Below are positions 34,122-44,134 of a stretch of DNA of 61,085 nt, piece after piece (the first letter of the stretch is position 1; the number at the start of each line of letters is the position of its first letter). Below the pieces are notes generated by a model that was not told the DNA's origin, searched no databases, and was given only the letters and a program-made list of their open reading frames with translations. This stretch comes from an uncultured bacterium. Lineage in GTDB: Bacteria > CAZDME01 > JAYEMH01. The stretch spans positions 1-61,085 of the forward strand of contig CAZDME010000001.1 in NCBI GenBank assembly GCA_964506785.1. Reading direction: 5' to 3'. The position numbers and the translations under genes were made by a program.

Positions 34122-35225
34122 TTGAAAAAAATTCAAATATTTTTATTAATCCTTTTAGTTATCGGATTTTTCCTCCTCCTTGATTACTGGAAGATAAAAA
34201 AAGGAGAGGTTTCCTATCTCAAACGGTGGCTGCCTTCCTATGACTATACTTTTCAGTCCCATCAAATTGATATGGCTATTGAATCGACTTTAGCCGATTT
34301 AGGGATGACCAGCAAGGATATTATAAAAAGCTACCGGGAGGAGAAAAAAAGTGGCAGAAAAAAGTGGATTTATGTTTATAAAGAATTGAAAGTTCCTCTG
34401 GAAGCCGATTTAAGTGATTATGCCGGATTAATCACAGATCAGGTAAAGAAATCTGGCGGGAAGATGTTCTCGCGGCAGATGCCTAAAGGAGAAAAAAATT
34501 ATCTAAAGTTAATTTTTGGCCTTAAAGATATTCCCACGGCTATCTTAATTCTCAAAGCCCAGCCTCGGGCTAAAGTTGCTATTATTATTGACGATGTTGG
34601 CTATGGCGGGTTTTTAACCGAGAAACTTTTGAATCTGCCTTTCCCGGTGGCCTTATCTATTCTTCCCCATCTGAATCATTCAACAGATATTGCCAGAGAA
34701 GCCCACCGCTTGGGTTATGAGGTAATGCTTCATCTGCCCATGGAATCAATAAGGCCGGAAGAAAATCGGGGAGAAGGCATTATTTATGTGGATATGAGTA
34801 AAAAAACAATCAGCCGTTTAATTGAAAAATCGTTAGATAGCGTCCCTTATGCCGTGGGCGTTAACAACCATATGGGCTCGCGCGTTTGCCAGAATCCAGA
34901 AGTAGTTGAGGTAATTCTTACCCGGTTAAAGAAGCACAATTTATATTTTATTGACAGTTTGGTAATCGCCAGTTCAAAGGCCTATCAAATTGCCCAAAAG
35001 ATGGCTATCCCTTCACATTACCGCCGCGTTTTTTTGGATAACCAGAATGACCCGGATTATATCAGAGGCCAGCTTGAAGAATTAAAAGACAAGGCCATTA
35101 GCGAAGGGGAAGCAATCGGTATTGGGCACTGCCGGAGAAATACTTTAGATGTTTTAACTGAAGCTGTCCCGGAAATAGAAAAAGAAGGTATTGAATTTGT
35201 TTTTGCCTCGGAGCTAGTGAAGTAA
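34122..35225 (+). CDS. divergent polysaccharide deacetylase family protein (YibQ-like)
   Basis: 367 aa. N-terminal TM helix. Motifs IIIDDVGY and NNHMGS. Confidence 0.72.
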   Translation: MKKIQIFLLILLVIGFFLLLDYWKIKKGEVSYLKRWLPSYDYTFQSHQIDMAIESTLADLGMTSKDIIKSYREEKKSGRKKWIYVYKELKVPLEADLSDYAGLITDQVKKSGGKMFSRQMPKGEKNYLKLIFGLKDIPTAILILKAQPRAKVAIIIDDVGYGGFLTEKLLNLPFPVALSILPHLNHSTDIAREAHRLGYEVMLHLPMESIRPEENRGEGIIYVDMSKKTISRLIEKSLDSVPYAVGVNNHMGSRVCQNPEVVEVILTRLKKHNLYFIDSLVIASSKAYQIAQKMAIPSHYRRVFLDNQNDPDYIRGQLEELKDKAISEGEAIGIGHCRRNTLDVLTEAVPEIEKEGIEFVFASELVK

Positions 35226-35281
35226 AGCTGATAACTAGCGGGTAAGAGCTGCTAAAAAGACCTATAACCTATGGCCTATTG
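35226..35281 (+). repeat. family-A/H heptamers upstream of tsaD
   Basis: gctgata actagcg ggtaaga gctgcta aaaagac, then cctataa cctatgg cctattg. Confidence 0.6.
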
Positions 35282-35291
35282 GTAAATAGTT

Positions 35292-36296
35292 ATGCTGATT
35301 TGCGGGATTGAGACTTCTTGTGATGAGACGGCTGTTTCCATTGTTGAAGACGGGAAGAAAATAATTGAGAACCGCATTTTTTCTCAAGAGGCTATTCATC
35401 GGCCTTTTGGCGGGGTGGTTCCAGAGGTGGCTTGCCGCACCCATCTAGAAAAAATATTCCTGCTTCTGGATGAATTATTTAACAGAAACGGCTTGACTTA
35501 CAAAGATATTGATGCCTGGGCAGTAACTTATGGCCCGGGATTAGTAGGTGCTTTGCTTATTGGCATTGCTACTGCCAAATCCTTAAGCTGTCTAACCGAA
35601 AAGCCTCTTTTAGCGGTCAATCATATTGAGGGGCATCTCTATGCTAATATTCTGGAGCACCAGGAAATTGCTTTCCCCTGGGTGGGGTTGGTTGTTTCCG
35701 GGGGGCACACCAGTCTTTATTTTGCTACCCGGCTGGGTAAATACAAACTGCTGGGAGAAACGGTTGATGATGCTGCCGGCGAAGCCTTTGATAAAGTGGC
35801 CAAACTTCTTTCTTTAGGTTATCCGGGCGGGCCGGCGGTTGAAGAAGCGGCTAAAGGCGGCGACAGAAGAAAAATTAAATTTCCCCGTCCGTCCGGGCCA
35901 AAAAGGAGAAAAGATTCTTTTGATTTTAGTTTTAGCGGTCTGAAGACCGCCGTGCTTTATTATCTTCGTGATCATCCCGAAGCCGCCACTCAGAAGGCTG
36001 ATGTTGCTGCCGGTTTTCAGGAAGCGGTGATAGAGGTTTTAGTTGGGAAAACAGCTGAGGCGGCGAGAATGTTCGGGGTAAAGACGATTCTTGTCTCAGG
36101 CGGAGTAGCCAGCAATAACCGACTCCGTCAGGAATTCAGGCAGTTTGGGGAAAACGAGGGAATGAATATTTTTTTCCCCTCGCCTCTTTTGTGCACCGAT
36201 AATGCCGCGATGATTGCCGGTTTAGGATTTTCTAAATTACAAAAGGGAGAGAAAGCTTCTTTAGATTTAGGGCCGGTACCGGGATTGAAACTGTGA
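35292..36296 (+). CDS. tsaD: tRNA N6-adenosine threonylcarbamoyltransferase TsaD
   Basis: 334 aa. GIETSCDETA and NHIEGH. Confidence 0.95.
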   Translation: MLICGIETSCDETAVSIVEDGKKIIENRIFSQEAIHRPFGGVVPEVACRTHLEKIFLLLDELFNRNGLTYKDIDAWAVTYGPGLVGALLIGIATAKSLSCLTEKPLLAVNHIEGHLYANILEHQEIAFPWVGLVVSGGHTSLYFATRLGKYKLLGETVDDAAGEAFDKVAKLLSLGYPGGPAVEEAAKGGDRRKIKFPRPSGPKRRKDSFDFSFSGLKTAVLYYLRDHPEAATQKADVAAGFQEAVIEVLVGKTAEAARMFGVKTILVSGGVASNNRLRQEFRQFGENEGMNIFFPSPLLCTDNAAMIAGLGFSKLQKGEKASLDLGPVPGLKL

Positions 36297-36306
36297 ATGG
36301 TGGAAT

Positions 36307-36347
36307 CGAAATAACGTGATAACGAGCAACGATATAACGAGATAACG
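36307..36347 (+). repeat. family-B array
   Basis: cgaaataacg tgataacg agcaacg atataacg agataacg, preceded by gtgaatg gtggaat (family E). Confidence 0.88.
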
Positions 36348-36379
36348 ATTAAGGAGATAGCGAGTTTGAGGAAAAAACC

Positions 36380-37048
36380 ATGATTTCCTTTTCAGAAGTG
36401 CTTGTTCGTTTAATCTTAGCCAGCCTTTTAAGCGGACTGGTGGGTTTCGAAAGAGAATCTCATGGACGGGCAGCCGGGTTAAGAACCCATATTTTAGTCG
36501 GGGTGGGCGCTACTCTTTTTATGCTGGTTTCTCTTTATGTCGCCCAGGTCTATGGAGAAAACGGCTCGGCAGATCCAGGGCGTATTGCCGCTCAGGTTGT
36601 GACCGGGATAGGATTTCTCGGCGCCGGAACCATCCTCCGCTTTGGTGTTTCTATCCGCGGCTTAACCACTGCGGCCAGCATTTGGGGGGTGGCGGCAGTC
36701 GGCTTGGCGGTTGGCTGTGGCTTTTATCCGGCGGCACTGGGTGCTACCGTTATTTTCTTAATTGCCCTTTACTTTTTATCTAAACTAGGGGCGGTGATAC
36801 CGGCTCAGTCCTATTTTAAGATTTTAACAGTTAAAGGGATAGATACCGAGCGGCATCTTGACAGAATCCACAATATTTTAAACCAGGGGAAAATCGGTAT
36901 AGAAAGGTTGGAATGGGGGAAAGATTTTCTAAATAAAGAAGTAATAAACCTTCAATTGTTTTTAAGATTTCCGCATAAAGGTTTGGAAACCCATTTAATT
37001 AAGGAAATAGGAAAATTAGAGGGAATTCAGGAAGCCGGATTGGAATGA
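36380..37048 (+). CDS. MgtC/SapB family membrane protein
   Basis: 222 aa. MgtC N-terminal TM domain (GLRTHILVGVGATLF) plus a C-terminal ACT-like domain. Confidence 0.85.
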   Translation: MISFSEVLVRLILASLLSGLVGFERESHGRAAGLRTHILVGVGATLFMLVSLYVAQVYGENGSADPGRIAAQVVTGIGFLGAGTILRFGVSIRGLTTAASIWGVAAVGLAVGCGFYPAALGATVIFLIALYFLSKLGAVIPAQSYFKILTVKGIDTERHLDRIHNILNQGKIGIERLEWGKDFLNKEVINLQLFLRFPHKGLETHLIKEIGKLEGIQEAGLE

Positions 37049-37107
37049 TGCCGGTGAATAGTGCATGGTGAAAACGAGATAACGAAATAACGAGGAACGA
37101 GATAATG
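37049..37107 (+). repeat. family-E (GTGAATn) units followed by a family-B array
   Basis: tgccggtgaatagtgcatggtg, then gaaaacg agataacg aaataacg aggaacg agataatg. Confidence 0.85.
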
Positions 37108-37120
37108 GGGAAAGTGAGTT

Positions 37121-38755
37121 ATGAATAAAGATTTGATTTTTTATGTAATCGGCGGTTTGGGATTGTTTATCTACGGTATTCACCTGATGGGCATCGGTTT
37201 GCAAAAGGCGGCGGCGAATCGGATGCGAAGAATCTTAGGATCTTTAACCAGAAATGCCTTCACCGGAGTCTTGGTGGGCACGGGAATAACGGCCATCATT
37301 CAAAGCAGCAGCGCCACCACTGTCATGTTAGTTGGTTTTGTTAATGCCGGCCTGATGACTTTGAAACAATCCCTGGGCGTAATTTTAGGAGCAAATATTG
37401 GGACCACTATTACCGCCCAGCTTATTGCCTTCAAACTAACCGACTATGCCCTGCCGCTCATTGGGCTGGGCATGTTGACTATGCTTTTTGCCAAAAAGAA
37501 AACCCACAAGTCTTTTGGAGAATTTATGTTGGGTTTTGGTATTTTATTTTTGGGCTTAAAATTTCTGACCCAAAGCGTCAAACCCTTAGGGTCTCTCCCC
37601 CAGGTAAGAGAAGTCTTTATTTCATTCAGCACCAATCCCTTTTTGGGCATATTGGCCGGGGCAATTGTTACCGCTCTGGTTCAAAGCAGCAGTGTTACCA
37701 CTGGTATTGTTTTAGCTTTAGCCGTGGGTGGCTTGATTGATTTAAACGGGGCAATTTATGTTATCTTAGGCTGTAACATCGGTACCTGCATTACCGCTTT
37801 GATTGCCAGTATCGGGACAAGCATCTCGGCTCGTCGGACAGCTTTAGCTCACGTGATTTTTAACGTTGTAGGGATACTGATATTTCTACCGTTTTTATCC
37901 CAATTCAGCCGTCTCATCAGCCTGACTTCGACTAATGTCATGCGCCAATGCGCTAATGCTCATACGGTTTTCAATGTGGGTATAACCTTAATATTTCTTC
38001 CTCTGGTTGGTCTTTTTGCCCGGATTATCCCCCGTCTTATTCCGGGGAGAGAAGTGGAAATCGAATTTGGGCCTAAGTATCTGGAGAGGCATCTTTTGAA
38101 TACTCCATCTCTGGCTTTGCGGGTAGCTACAGAAGAAATCGTCCGCACCTTGAAAATGACCCGCTTAATGGTTAACCAAAGCATGCAGGGGTTTTTTCAT
38201 GACGACGCCCGGGCTTTAGTTAAGGTAGAAAGAGGCGAAGAGGCCGTTGATAATCTGCAGGAAGCAGTGACGGATTATTTAATGGAGTTGATGCAAAGAG
38301 AGCTGAACGAAGAAGAGTCGCGAAAAATTCCGGCTTTGCTTCACAACATAAATGATGTGGAACGTATCGGCGACCACGCGGAAAATTTAGCCGAACTGGC
38401 CGAGAGAAAAATTGAGTGTAAACTCCCCTTTTCTTCAGAGGCAATTAAGGAATTGCATGGGATTCATCATGAATTGGAGAAGATGACCGAAGCAACAATC
38501 CAGGCCTTAGAGCGGAATGATTTAAAAAAAGCCGAAGAGGTTTTGGAAAATGAAGAGCTTATTAACCGCCTCCGCGATAAATTAAAAGAAAATCATATCA
38601 GCCGCCTGGAAGAAAATAAATGTTTGGTTTTGTCAGGGATTGTTTTTTTGGACACTATCAGTAATTTTGAAAAAATTGCTGACCATCTGACCAATATTGT
38701 TCAGGCGGTTGCCGACGCTTTACAATGGGAAAGAAAAAAAACAGAAATGCGATAA
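37121..38755 (+). CDS. Na/Pi cotransporter family protein with PhoU-like domain
   Basis: 544 aa. Duplicated QSSSATT / QSSSVTT motifs and C-terminal PhoU-like repeats. The TAA stop lies inside a gcgaTAAcg unit. Confidence 0.9.
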   Translation: MNKDLIFYVIGGLGLFIYGIHLMGIGLQKAAANRMRRILGSLTRNAFTGVLVGTGITAIIQSSSATTVMLVGFVNAGLMTLKQSLGVILGANIGTTITAQLIAFKLTDYALPLIGLGMLTMLFAKKKTHKSFGEFMLGFGILFLGLKFLTQSVKPLGSLPQVREVFISFSTNPFLGILAGAIVTALVQSSSVTTGIVLALAVGGLIDLNGAIYVILGCNIGTCITALIASIGTSISARRTALAHVIFNVVGILIFLPFLSQFSRLISLTSTNVMRQCANAHTVFNVGITLIFLPLVGLFARIIPRLIPGREVEIEFGPKYLERHLLNTPSLALRVATEEIVRTLKMTRLMVNQSMQGFFHDDARALVKVERGEEAVDNLQEAVTDYLMELMQRELNEEESRKIPALLHNINDVERIGDHAENLAELAERKIECKLPFSSEAIKELHGIHHELEKMTEATIQALERNDLKKAEEVLENEELINRLRDKLKENHISRLEENKCLVLSGIVFLDTISNFEKIADHLTNIVQAVADALQWERKKTEMR

Positions 38756-38770
38756 CGAAAATTTCCGCCA

Positions 38771-38797
38771 TTTTTCACACTTACGAAGTGTGATAAA
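38771..38797. repeat. REP hairpin (dispersed copy, slightly degenerate, loop ACG)
   Basis: tttttcacactt-acg-aagtgtgataaa. The left arm lacks one A. Confidence 0.8.
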
Positions 38798-38818
38798 GGT
38801 GTGATAAAATCTGCTTTT

Positions 38819-38877
38819 AACGGGACAACAAGTAACGAAATGACATGATAACGAGATAACGGGATGGCGTGATAACG
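38819..38877 (+). repeat. family-B array upstream of fhs
   Basis: aacg ggacaacaagtaacg aaatgacatgataacg agataacg ggatggcg tgataacg. Confidence 0.85.
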
Positions 38878-38883
38878 GGAAGT

Positions 38884-40500
38884 ATGAAGCCAATATCGGA
38901 GATTGCCAAAAACTGGGGAGTAAAGGAAGAAGAGCTTAAATGCTTCGGCCCTTATATGGCCAAGGTTTCCCTGAATCTTTTGAAGCGTTTAAAGAATAGC
39001 CCTGAGGGAAATTTAATTATTATCTCGGCGATGACTCCAACCAATCAGGGAGAAGGGAAAACTACCACTACTATTGGTTTGGCCCAGGCCTTGAATCGGT
39101 TAGGCAAAAAAGCTATTCCAACCCTGCGAGAGCCGTCACTCGGCCCTTTTATGGGCCTAAAAGGAGGGGCAACCGGCGGCGGCGCCGCTGAGGTGCTGCC
39201 TAAGGATGAGATAAATCTGCATTTTACCGGAGATATTCACGCCGTCGGGGCCGCCCACAATTTGTTGGCTGCCCTGGTTGATAATTCAATTTATCGGGGA
39301 AACAATTTAAAATTAAACCCGGAGCGCCTTTTTTGGCCCCGGGTGATTGATACCAGTGACCGGGGTCTCCGAGAAATTTTATTAAGTTCAAGCGGCAAAA
39401 TCGCCCAGAATCCTTATAAAACCTCTTTTGAAATCACCGCCGCTTCCGAAATTATGGCGGTTTTATGTTTATCTGAAAATTTCTCCGAATTAAAAAGAAA
39501 AATAGGAGAGATTATCGTTGGACTGGATTTTTCTGAAAAGCCCGTCAGGGTAAAAGACCTGGGGGCAGAAGGAGCGCTATCCCTTCTTTTAAAAGATGCC
39601 CTGATGCCTAATTTGGTTCAGACCAGTGAGTTTGGTCCGGCCTTTATCCACGGCGGCCCATTTGCTAATATTGCCCATGGCTGTAACAGTATCCTGGCGA
39701 TAAAGATGGCTTTGAAATTAGCCGATTTTGTCGTTACCGAGACTGGGTTTGCCGTCGATTTGGGTGCGGAAAAGTTTATCCATCTGGTTTCATCCCCCTT
39801 TAATCTTTCTCCCCGGGCTTTAGTCATTGTCGCCAGTCTCCGCGCCTTGAAAATGCATGGCGGAGAAAAGGCTGGTTTTAAATTAGGGTTGGACAATTTA
39901 TCCAAGCAGATAGAAAATGGAGAAAAACTGGGGTTTCGGGTGGTTGTTGCCCTAAACAGGTTTAAAGAGGATTTGCCTCAAGAAATCAAATATGTAGAAG
40001 ATTTTTTTGCTAAGAAGCAAATCTCTTTAGCTGTTTCTGAGGTCTGGCAAAAAGGAGGAAGAGGCGGCGAGGATTTGGCAAAAAAGATTTTAGAGGTAGT
40101 TAACCGCTCTGGGGGAAATAAAACCTTCAAGGGTTTATATACCCATAACAATTCTTTTAAAGAAAAGGTAGAGGCGATTGCTGTTGAAATTTACGGGGCA
40201 AGTGGGGTAGGTTATTCTGAGGAGGCAGAAAAAGATATCGCTTTTCTTAAGAAAAATAAATTGGACCAGATGCCGGTTTGTCTGGCCAAGACACACAAGT
40301 CGCTTTCTGATAATCCTAATCTTTTAGGCAGGCCCAAGGGTTTTAAAATTAAAGTTGAAAAAATTAAGCCGGCTGCCGGAGCGGGTTTTTTAGTTGTATA
40401 TTGCGGTAAAATTCTTACTTTGCCGGGGCTCCCCCTTTATCCCCGGGCGATGCGAATGGATTTGGGGGATGATGGAGAAATCAAAGAGAAAAATGGTTGA
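38884..40500 (+). CDS. fhs: formate--tetrahydrofolate ligase
   Basis: ORF 38869-40500 trimmed to ATG 38884. P-loop PTNQGEGKTTTTIGL. Confidence 0.95.
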   Translation: MKPISEIAKNWGVKEEELKCFGPYMAKVSLNLLKRLKNSPEGNLIIISAMTPTNQGEGKTTTTIGLAQALNRLGKKAIPTLREPSLGPFMGLKGGATGGGAAEVLPKDEINLHFTGDIHAVGAAHNLLAALVDNSIYRGNNLKLNPERLFWPRVIDTSDRGLREILLSSSGKIAQNPYKTSFEITAASEIMAVLCLSENFSELKRKIGEIIVGLDFSEKPVRVKDLGAEGALSLLLKDALMPNLVQTSEFGPAFIHGGPFANIAHGCNSILAIKMALKLADFVVTETGFAVDLGAEKFIHLVSSPFNLSPRALVIVASLRALKMHGGEKAGFKLGLDNLSKQIENGEKLGFRVVVALNRFKEDLPQEIKYVEDFFAKKQISLAVSEVWQKGGRGGEDLAKKILEVVNRSGGNKTFKGLYTHNNSFKEKVEAIAVEIYGASGVGYSEEAEKDIAFLKKNKLDQMPVCLAKTHKSLSDNPNLLGRPKGFKIKVEKIKPAAGAGFLVVYCGKILTLPGLPLYPRAMRMDLGDDGEIKEKNG

Positions 40501-42190
40501 AAACCCGAAAATTCTAGTGAAAATAGCAGAAAAAATTGGTTTCCTCAGTAAAAAGAAATTAAATGAAGCCATGGAGGAACAGAAGCGTACAGGGGAAAGA
40601 CTCCCGGCTGTTTTAGTTAGGCTCGGATATCTGGCTAAGGAAGAATTAGGCATTGCCCTGGCCAATCAATTCAATATGGAAACGGTCAAATTATCTGAAA
40701 AAGAGATTTCCATCGAGCTTTTAAAAAGTTTTGACGCCGAATTAGTTAAAAGACACCGCTTTATTCCTTTAGAGAAAGAAAAAGGTAAATTAATTGTCGC
40801 CATTGATAATCCTTTAAATCTTTTTGCCTTTTCTTATTTAGAAAACCAGCTTAAGTGTAAAATGAATGCTTTTTTAATTACCCCCAAGGAGCTTGATCAG
40901 GCCCTGGAGAAATTTTTTGGTTTCGAAGAACCCCGGATTACTTCTCTTTATAAAAAATTACGAGACGAGGATTTACATATTGAAGGGTTTGGCGATGAAT
41001 TAGAAGAGACGCCGGCTGATGACGCCCCGATTATTAAATTGGTTCATGTATTAATCCTGGAGGGTTTTCGCAGCCGGGCCAGCGATATTCATCTTGAGCC
41101 TTTGGAGAACCGGTTTCGCATTCGCTACCGCATTGACGGAGTACTTCACGATGCGCCCGGACCACCCAAAAGATTGGAAGCGGCCATTATCTCCCGGGTA
41201 AAAATTATGGCCAGGATGGATATTGCCGAGAAACGCCTGCCACAGGACGGCCGCATTAAGATTAAGCTTGCCGGAAAAGACCTGGATTTAAGGGTTTCGA
41301 CCCTGCCCGGGCTTTATGGAGAAAGTGTCGTTTTGCGAATTTTAGACCGAAGCAGTTTATTAAAAGATATGGCTGATTTGGGATTCAGTCTGCGTGACCA
41401 GAAAGAATTCGAGAAATTATTAGGTATTACTAACGGAATAATTCTGGTGACTGGGCCGACGGGCAGCGGCAAAACCACGACACTTTACTCAGCGTTAAGC
41501 CGTTTGAACCAGGCTGACCGTAAAATTGTTACCGTCGAAGATCCGATAGAATACCAAATTTCCGGTATCAACCAGGTAGAGGTAAAGCCCTATATCGGCC
41601 TGACCTTTGCCCAGAGCCTGCGTTCAATTTTAAGGCAGGCGCCGGATATCCTGATGATTGGTGAAATTCGGGATTTGGAAACAGCCGAAATTGCTATTCG
41701 CTCCGCCCTCACCGGACATTTGGTCCTCAGCACCTTGCATACCAATGATGCCTGCAGTGCCGTCACCCGGTTGATTGATATGGGAGTAAAGCCCTTTTTA
41801 GTTGCTTCTTCTTTGCGGGCGGTTTTATCGCAGCGATTAGTCAGGAAAATTTGTTCTTACTGCAAAGAAGCCTATCAACCCAGTTTGAATGAGTTAACTG
41901 AAGTTGGCTTGAAAGAAGGCGATATTCCTGAGGTGACTTTTTATCGCGGTAAGGGATGTCCAAAATGCAATCAAACCGGTTTCCGGGAGAGAATTGCTAT
42001 TTTTGAACTGTTGCTTATGAGCGAACAGTTAAGAAAGATAATTTATGGCAAGCCTTCGAGCACCCAGATAAAAGACATTGCCCAGAAAGAAGGAATGTTT
42101 ACCCTGCGGGAGGACGGCTGGGCAAAGGTTTTTGCCGGGATAACTACTTTAACTGAAGTTTCCCGGGTAACCATAGGCGATGATGATTAA
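40469..42190 (+). CDS. GspE/PilB-family secretion ATPase (paralog 1)
   Basis: MshEN/T2SSE_N-like N-domain, Walker A GPTGSGKTTT, tetracysteine CSYC...CPKC. Start chosen at ATG 40469; 40472 or 40493 are also possible. Confidence 0.88.
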   Translation: MMEKSKRKMVENPKILVKIAEKIGFLSKKKLNEAMEEQKRTGERLPAVLVRLGYLAKEELGIALANQFNMETVKLSEKEISIELLKSFDAELVKRHRFIPLEKEKGKLIVAIDNPLNLFAFSYLENQLKCKMNAFLITPKELDQALEKFFGFEEPRITSLYKKLRDEDLHIEGFGDELEETPADDAPIIKLVHVLILEGFRSRASDIHLEPLENRFRIRYRIDGVLHDAPGPPKRLEAAIISRVKIMARMDIAEKRLPQDGRIKIKLAGKDLDLRVSTLPGLYGESVVLRILDRSSLLKDMADLGFSLRDQKEFEKLLGITNGIILVTGPTGSGKTTTLYSALSRLNQADRKIVTVEDPIEYQISGINQVEVKPYIGLTFAQSLRSILRQAPDILMIGEIRDLETAEIAIRSALTGHLVLSTLHTNDACSAVTRLIDMGVKPFLVASSLRAVLSQRLVRKICSYCKEAYQPSLNELTEVGLKEGDIPEVTFYRGKGCPKCNQTGFRERIAIFELLLMSEQLRKIIYGKPSSTQIKDIAQKEGMFTLREDGWAKVFAGITTLTEVSRVTIGDDD

Positions 42191-42200
42191 AATAGAGCTT

Positions 42201-42267
42201 GGATTCGTGAATGGTAAATCGTGAATAGTGCAAACGAGATAACGTGATAACGGGAAACGGGATAACG
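42201..42267 (+). repeat. family-E heptamers followed by a family-B array
   Basis: ggattcgtga atggtaaatc gtgaatagtg, then caaacg agataacg tgataacg ggaaacg ggataacg. It ends 4 nt before ATG 42272. Confidence 0.88.
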
Positions 42268-42271
42268 AAAA

Positions 42272-44041
42272 ATGGTGGATAGAAAAACGGGAAGAAAACA
42301 CCTGAGGCATTATAAAAGCTTGGGAGAGCTGCTGGTAGAGATGCAGATTGTCAATGAAAAGCAGCTGGAAGAGTTGATGCTTGAGCAGAGAAGAACCGGA
42401 GAATTGCTCGGGCGGATTGTCGTCCGCCAGGGATTAGCCAGCGAAAAGGAAATTATGGATGCTTTGGCGGCGCAAACCGATATGCCGGTGGTAACTTTAA
42501 GCCGTTTGAAAATTAACCCAAAGATTATTAATAAAATCTCTCCCAGTTTAGCCAGGATTTATAAAGTTGTGCCCATTAGAGAGGAAGGCAAAGTTTTGCT
42601 TGTTGCTCTTTCTGACCCTTTTAATACCCAGGTTCTTGATGATTTGCGTTTTATTCTGAATAGTGAAGTGAGGGGAGCTATCGCCAGTGATAAAGATATT
42701 GACCAGGCCTTGCAGAAATATTACGGAAAGGAAACAGAAAGCCTGGAGGTATTGCTGCAAAAAATGGAGTCTACTCCCTTGATGCAAAAGGAATTAGAAA
42801 AGGTGAGTGAACCCGATATTGCCAGTCTTCAGGAATTAGCCCGGGAAGCCCCAATTGTTAAACTGGTAAATCTGGTTTTGATTCAAGCGGTTAAGGACCG
42901 GGCCAGTGATATCCACTTTGAACCCTATGAAGACATCTTTAGAATCCGCTATCGTTTGGACGGTCTTCTTTATGAAATGACTCCTCCGCCGGCTCGCCTC
43001 GGTTTAGGTATTATCTCCCGTCTTAAAGTAATGGCTGATTTGGATATTGCCGAGCGAAGACTTCCTCAAGACGGCCGCATGGAGATAAATGTTGAAGGCA
43101 AGCGCATTGATATCCGAGTATCAACCCTGCCTACCGCTTTTGGTGAAAGTGTGGTTTTGCGGATTCTCGACCGCAGTCTGGTGATGCTTTCTTTAAACGA
43201 AATTGGGCTTTTACCTGATAGCTTAGCGGTTATAGAGGGGCAGATTAAACGTCCCCAGGGAATGGTTTTAGTGACCGGGCCGACTGGCTGCGGAAAAACC
43301 ACTACCCTGTATTCAATTTTAAAAAGAGTAAATGAGCCGGGTTATAAAATTATTACTACTGAGGATCCAGTTGAATATACTATTACCGGTGTCATTCAGG
43401 TTCCGATTAAACCGCAGATTAAACTGAATTTTTCCACTTGCCTAAGGCATATTTTACGCCAGGATCCCGATATCATCATGGTTGGTGAAATTCGTGACCA
43501 GGCCACAGCAGAGATTGCCATTCATGCCGCTCTTACCGGACATTTGGTTCTCAGTACCCTGCATACCAACGATGCTCCAGAAACGATTACCCGTCTTATC
43601 GATATGGGAGTGGAACCTTTTTTAGTTACCTCGACCCTGCAGATAATTATTGCCCAGCGCCTGGTAAGAATTTTATGCCCTGAGTGTAAGGAAAGTTATC
43701 AAGCCAGCCCGAAAGATTTAGTTGCTCTGGATATTAACCTGGATGAGGTCACTTCTAAAAACTTTGAACTGGATGAAGAGGGGAAATTAATTTTATATCG
43801 TCCCAAAGGCTGTCCTTTATGCCGCCAGATTGGATATCGCGGACGAACGGGGATATTTGAAATATTGACCCTTAATGATGAAATCCGGGAGTTGATTGTT
43901 AACCGGGCTTCAGCCGAGGAAATTCGAAAAATTGCCAGTCAGGCCGGGATGAGGAATTTAAAACTTGATGGTTTGCAAAAAGCATTGCAGGGAATAACCA
44001 GTTTAGAAGAGGTCCTCAGGGAAACGCAAACCTTTATATAG
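42272..44041 (+). CDS. GspE/PilB-family secretion ATPase (paralog 2)
   Basis: 589 aa. T2SSE_N domain, Walker A GPTGCGKTTT, tetracysteine CPEC...CPLC. Confidence 0.9.
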   Translation: MVDRKTGRKHLRHYKSLGELLVEMQIVNEKQLEELMLEQRRTGELLGRIVVRQGLASEKEIMDALAAQTDMPVVTLSRLKINPKIINKISPSLARIYKVVPIREEGKVLLVALSDPFNTQVLDDLRFILNSEVRGAIASDKDIDQALQKYYGKETESLEVLLQKMESTPLMQKELEKVSEPDIASLQELAREAPIVKLVNLVLIQAVKDRASDIHFEPYEDIFRIRYRLDGLLYEMTPPPARLGLGIISRLKVMADLDIAERRLPQDGRMEINVEGKRIDIRVSTLPTAFGESVVLRILDRSLVMLSLNEIGLLPDSLAVIEGQIKRPQGMVLVTGPTGCGKTTTLYSILKRVNEPGYKIITTEDPVEYTITGVIQVPIKPQIKLNFSTCLRHILRQDPDIIMVGEIRDQATAEIAIHAALTGHLVLSTLHTNDAPETITRLIDMGVEPFLVTSTLQIIIAQRLVRILCPECKESYQASPKDLVALDINLDEVTSKNFELDEEGKLILYRPKGCPLCRQIGYRGRTGIFEILTLNDEIRELIVNRASAEEIRKIASQAGMRNLKLDGLQKALQGITSLEEVLRETQTFI

Positions 44042-44131
44042 CTCATAGCTGATAGCTCATCGTTCATAGAAAACCCATGAGCTAAGAGCCAGGGGCTATA
44101 AACTAGAAGAGCAAGTCAGGAGAGAGAAGCC
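44041..44131 (+). repeat. family-A heptamer tiling of the whole intergenic gap
   Basis: gctcata gctgata gctcatc gttcata gaaaacc catgagc taagagc caggggc tataaac tagaaga gcaagtc aggagag agaagcc, then ggg and ATG 44135. Confidence 0.85.
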
Positions 44132-44134
44132 GGG

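Noticed and set aside
40394-40468. Start of the first GspE/PilB paralog at 40394.
   Set aside because: It would overlap fhs by 107 nt and add a non-conserved Cys/Trp-rich leader. ATG 40469/40472 precedes the conserved MshEN-type N-domain.
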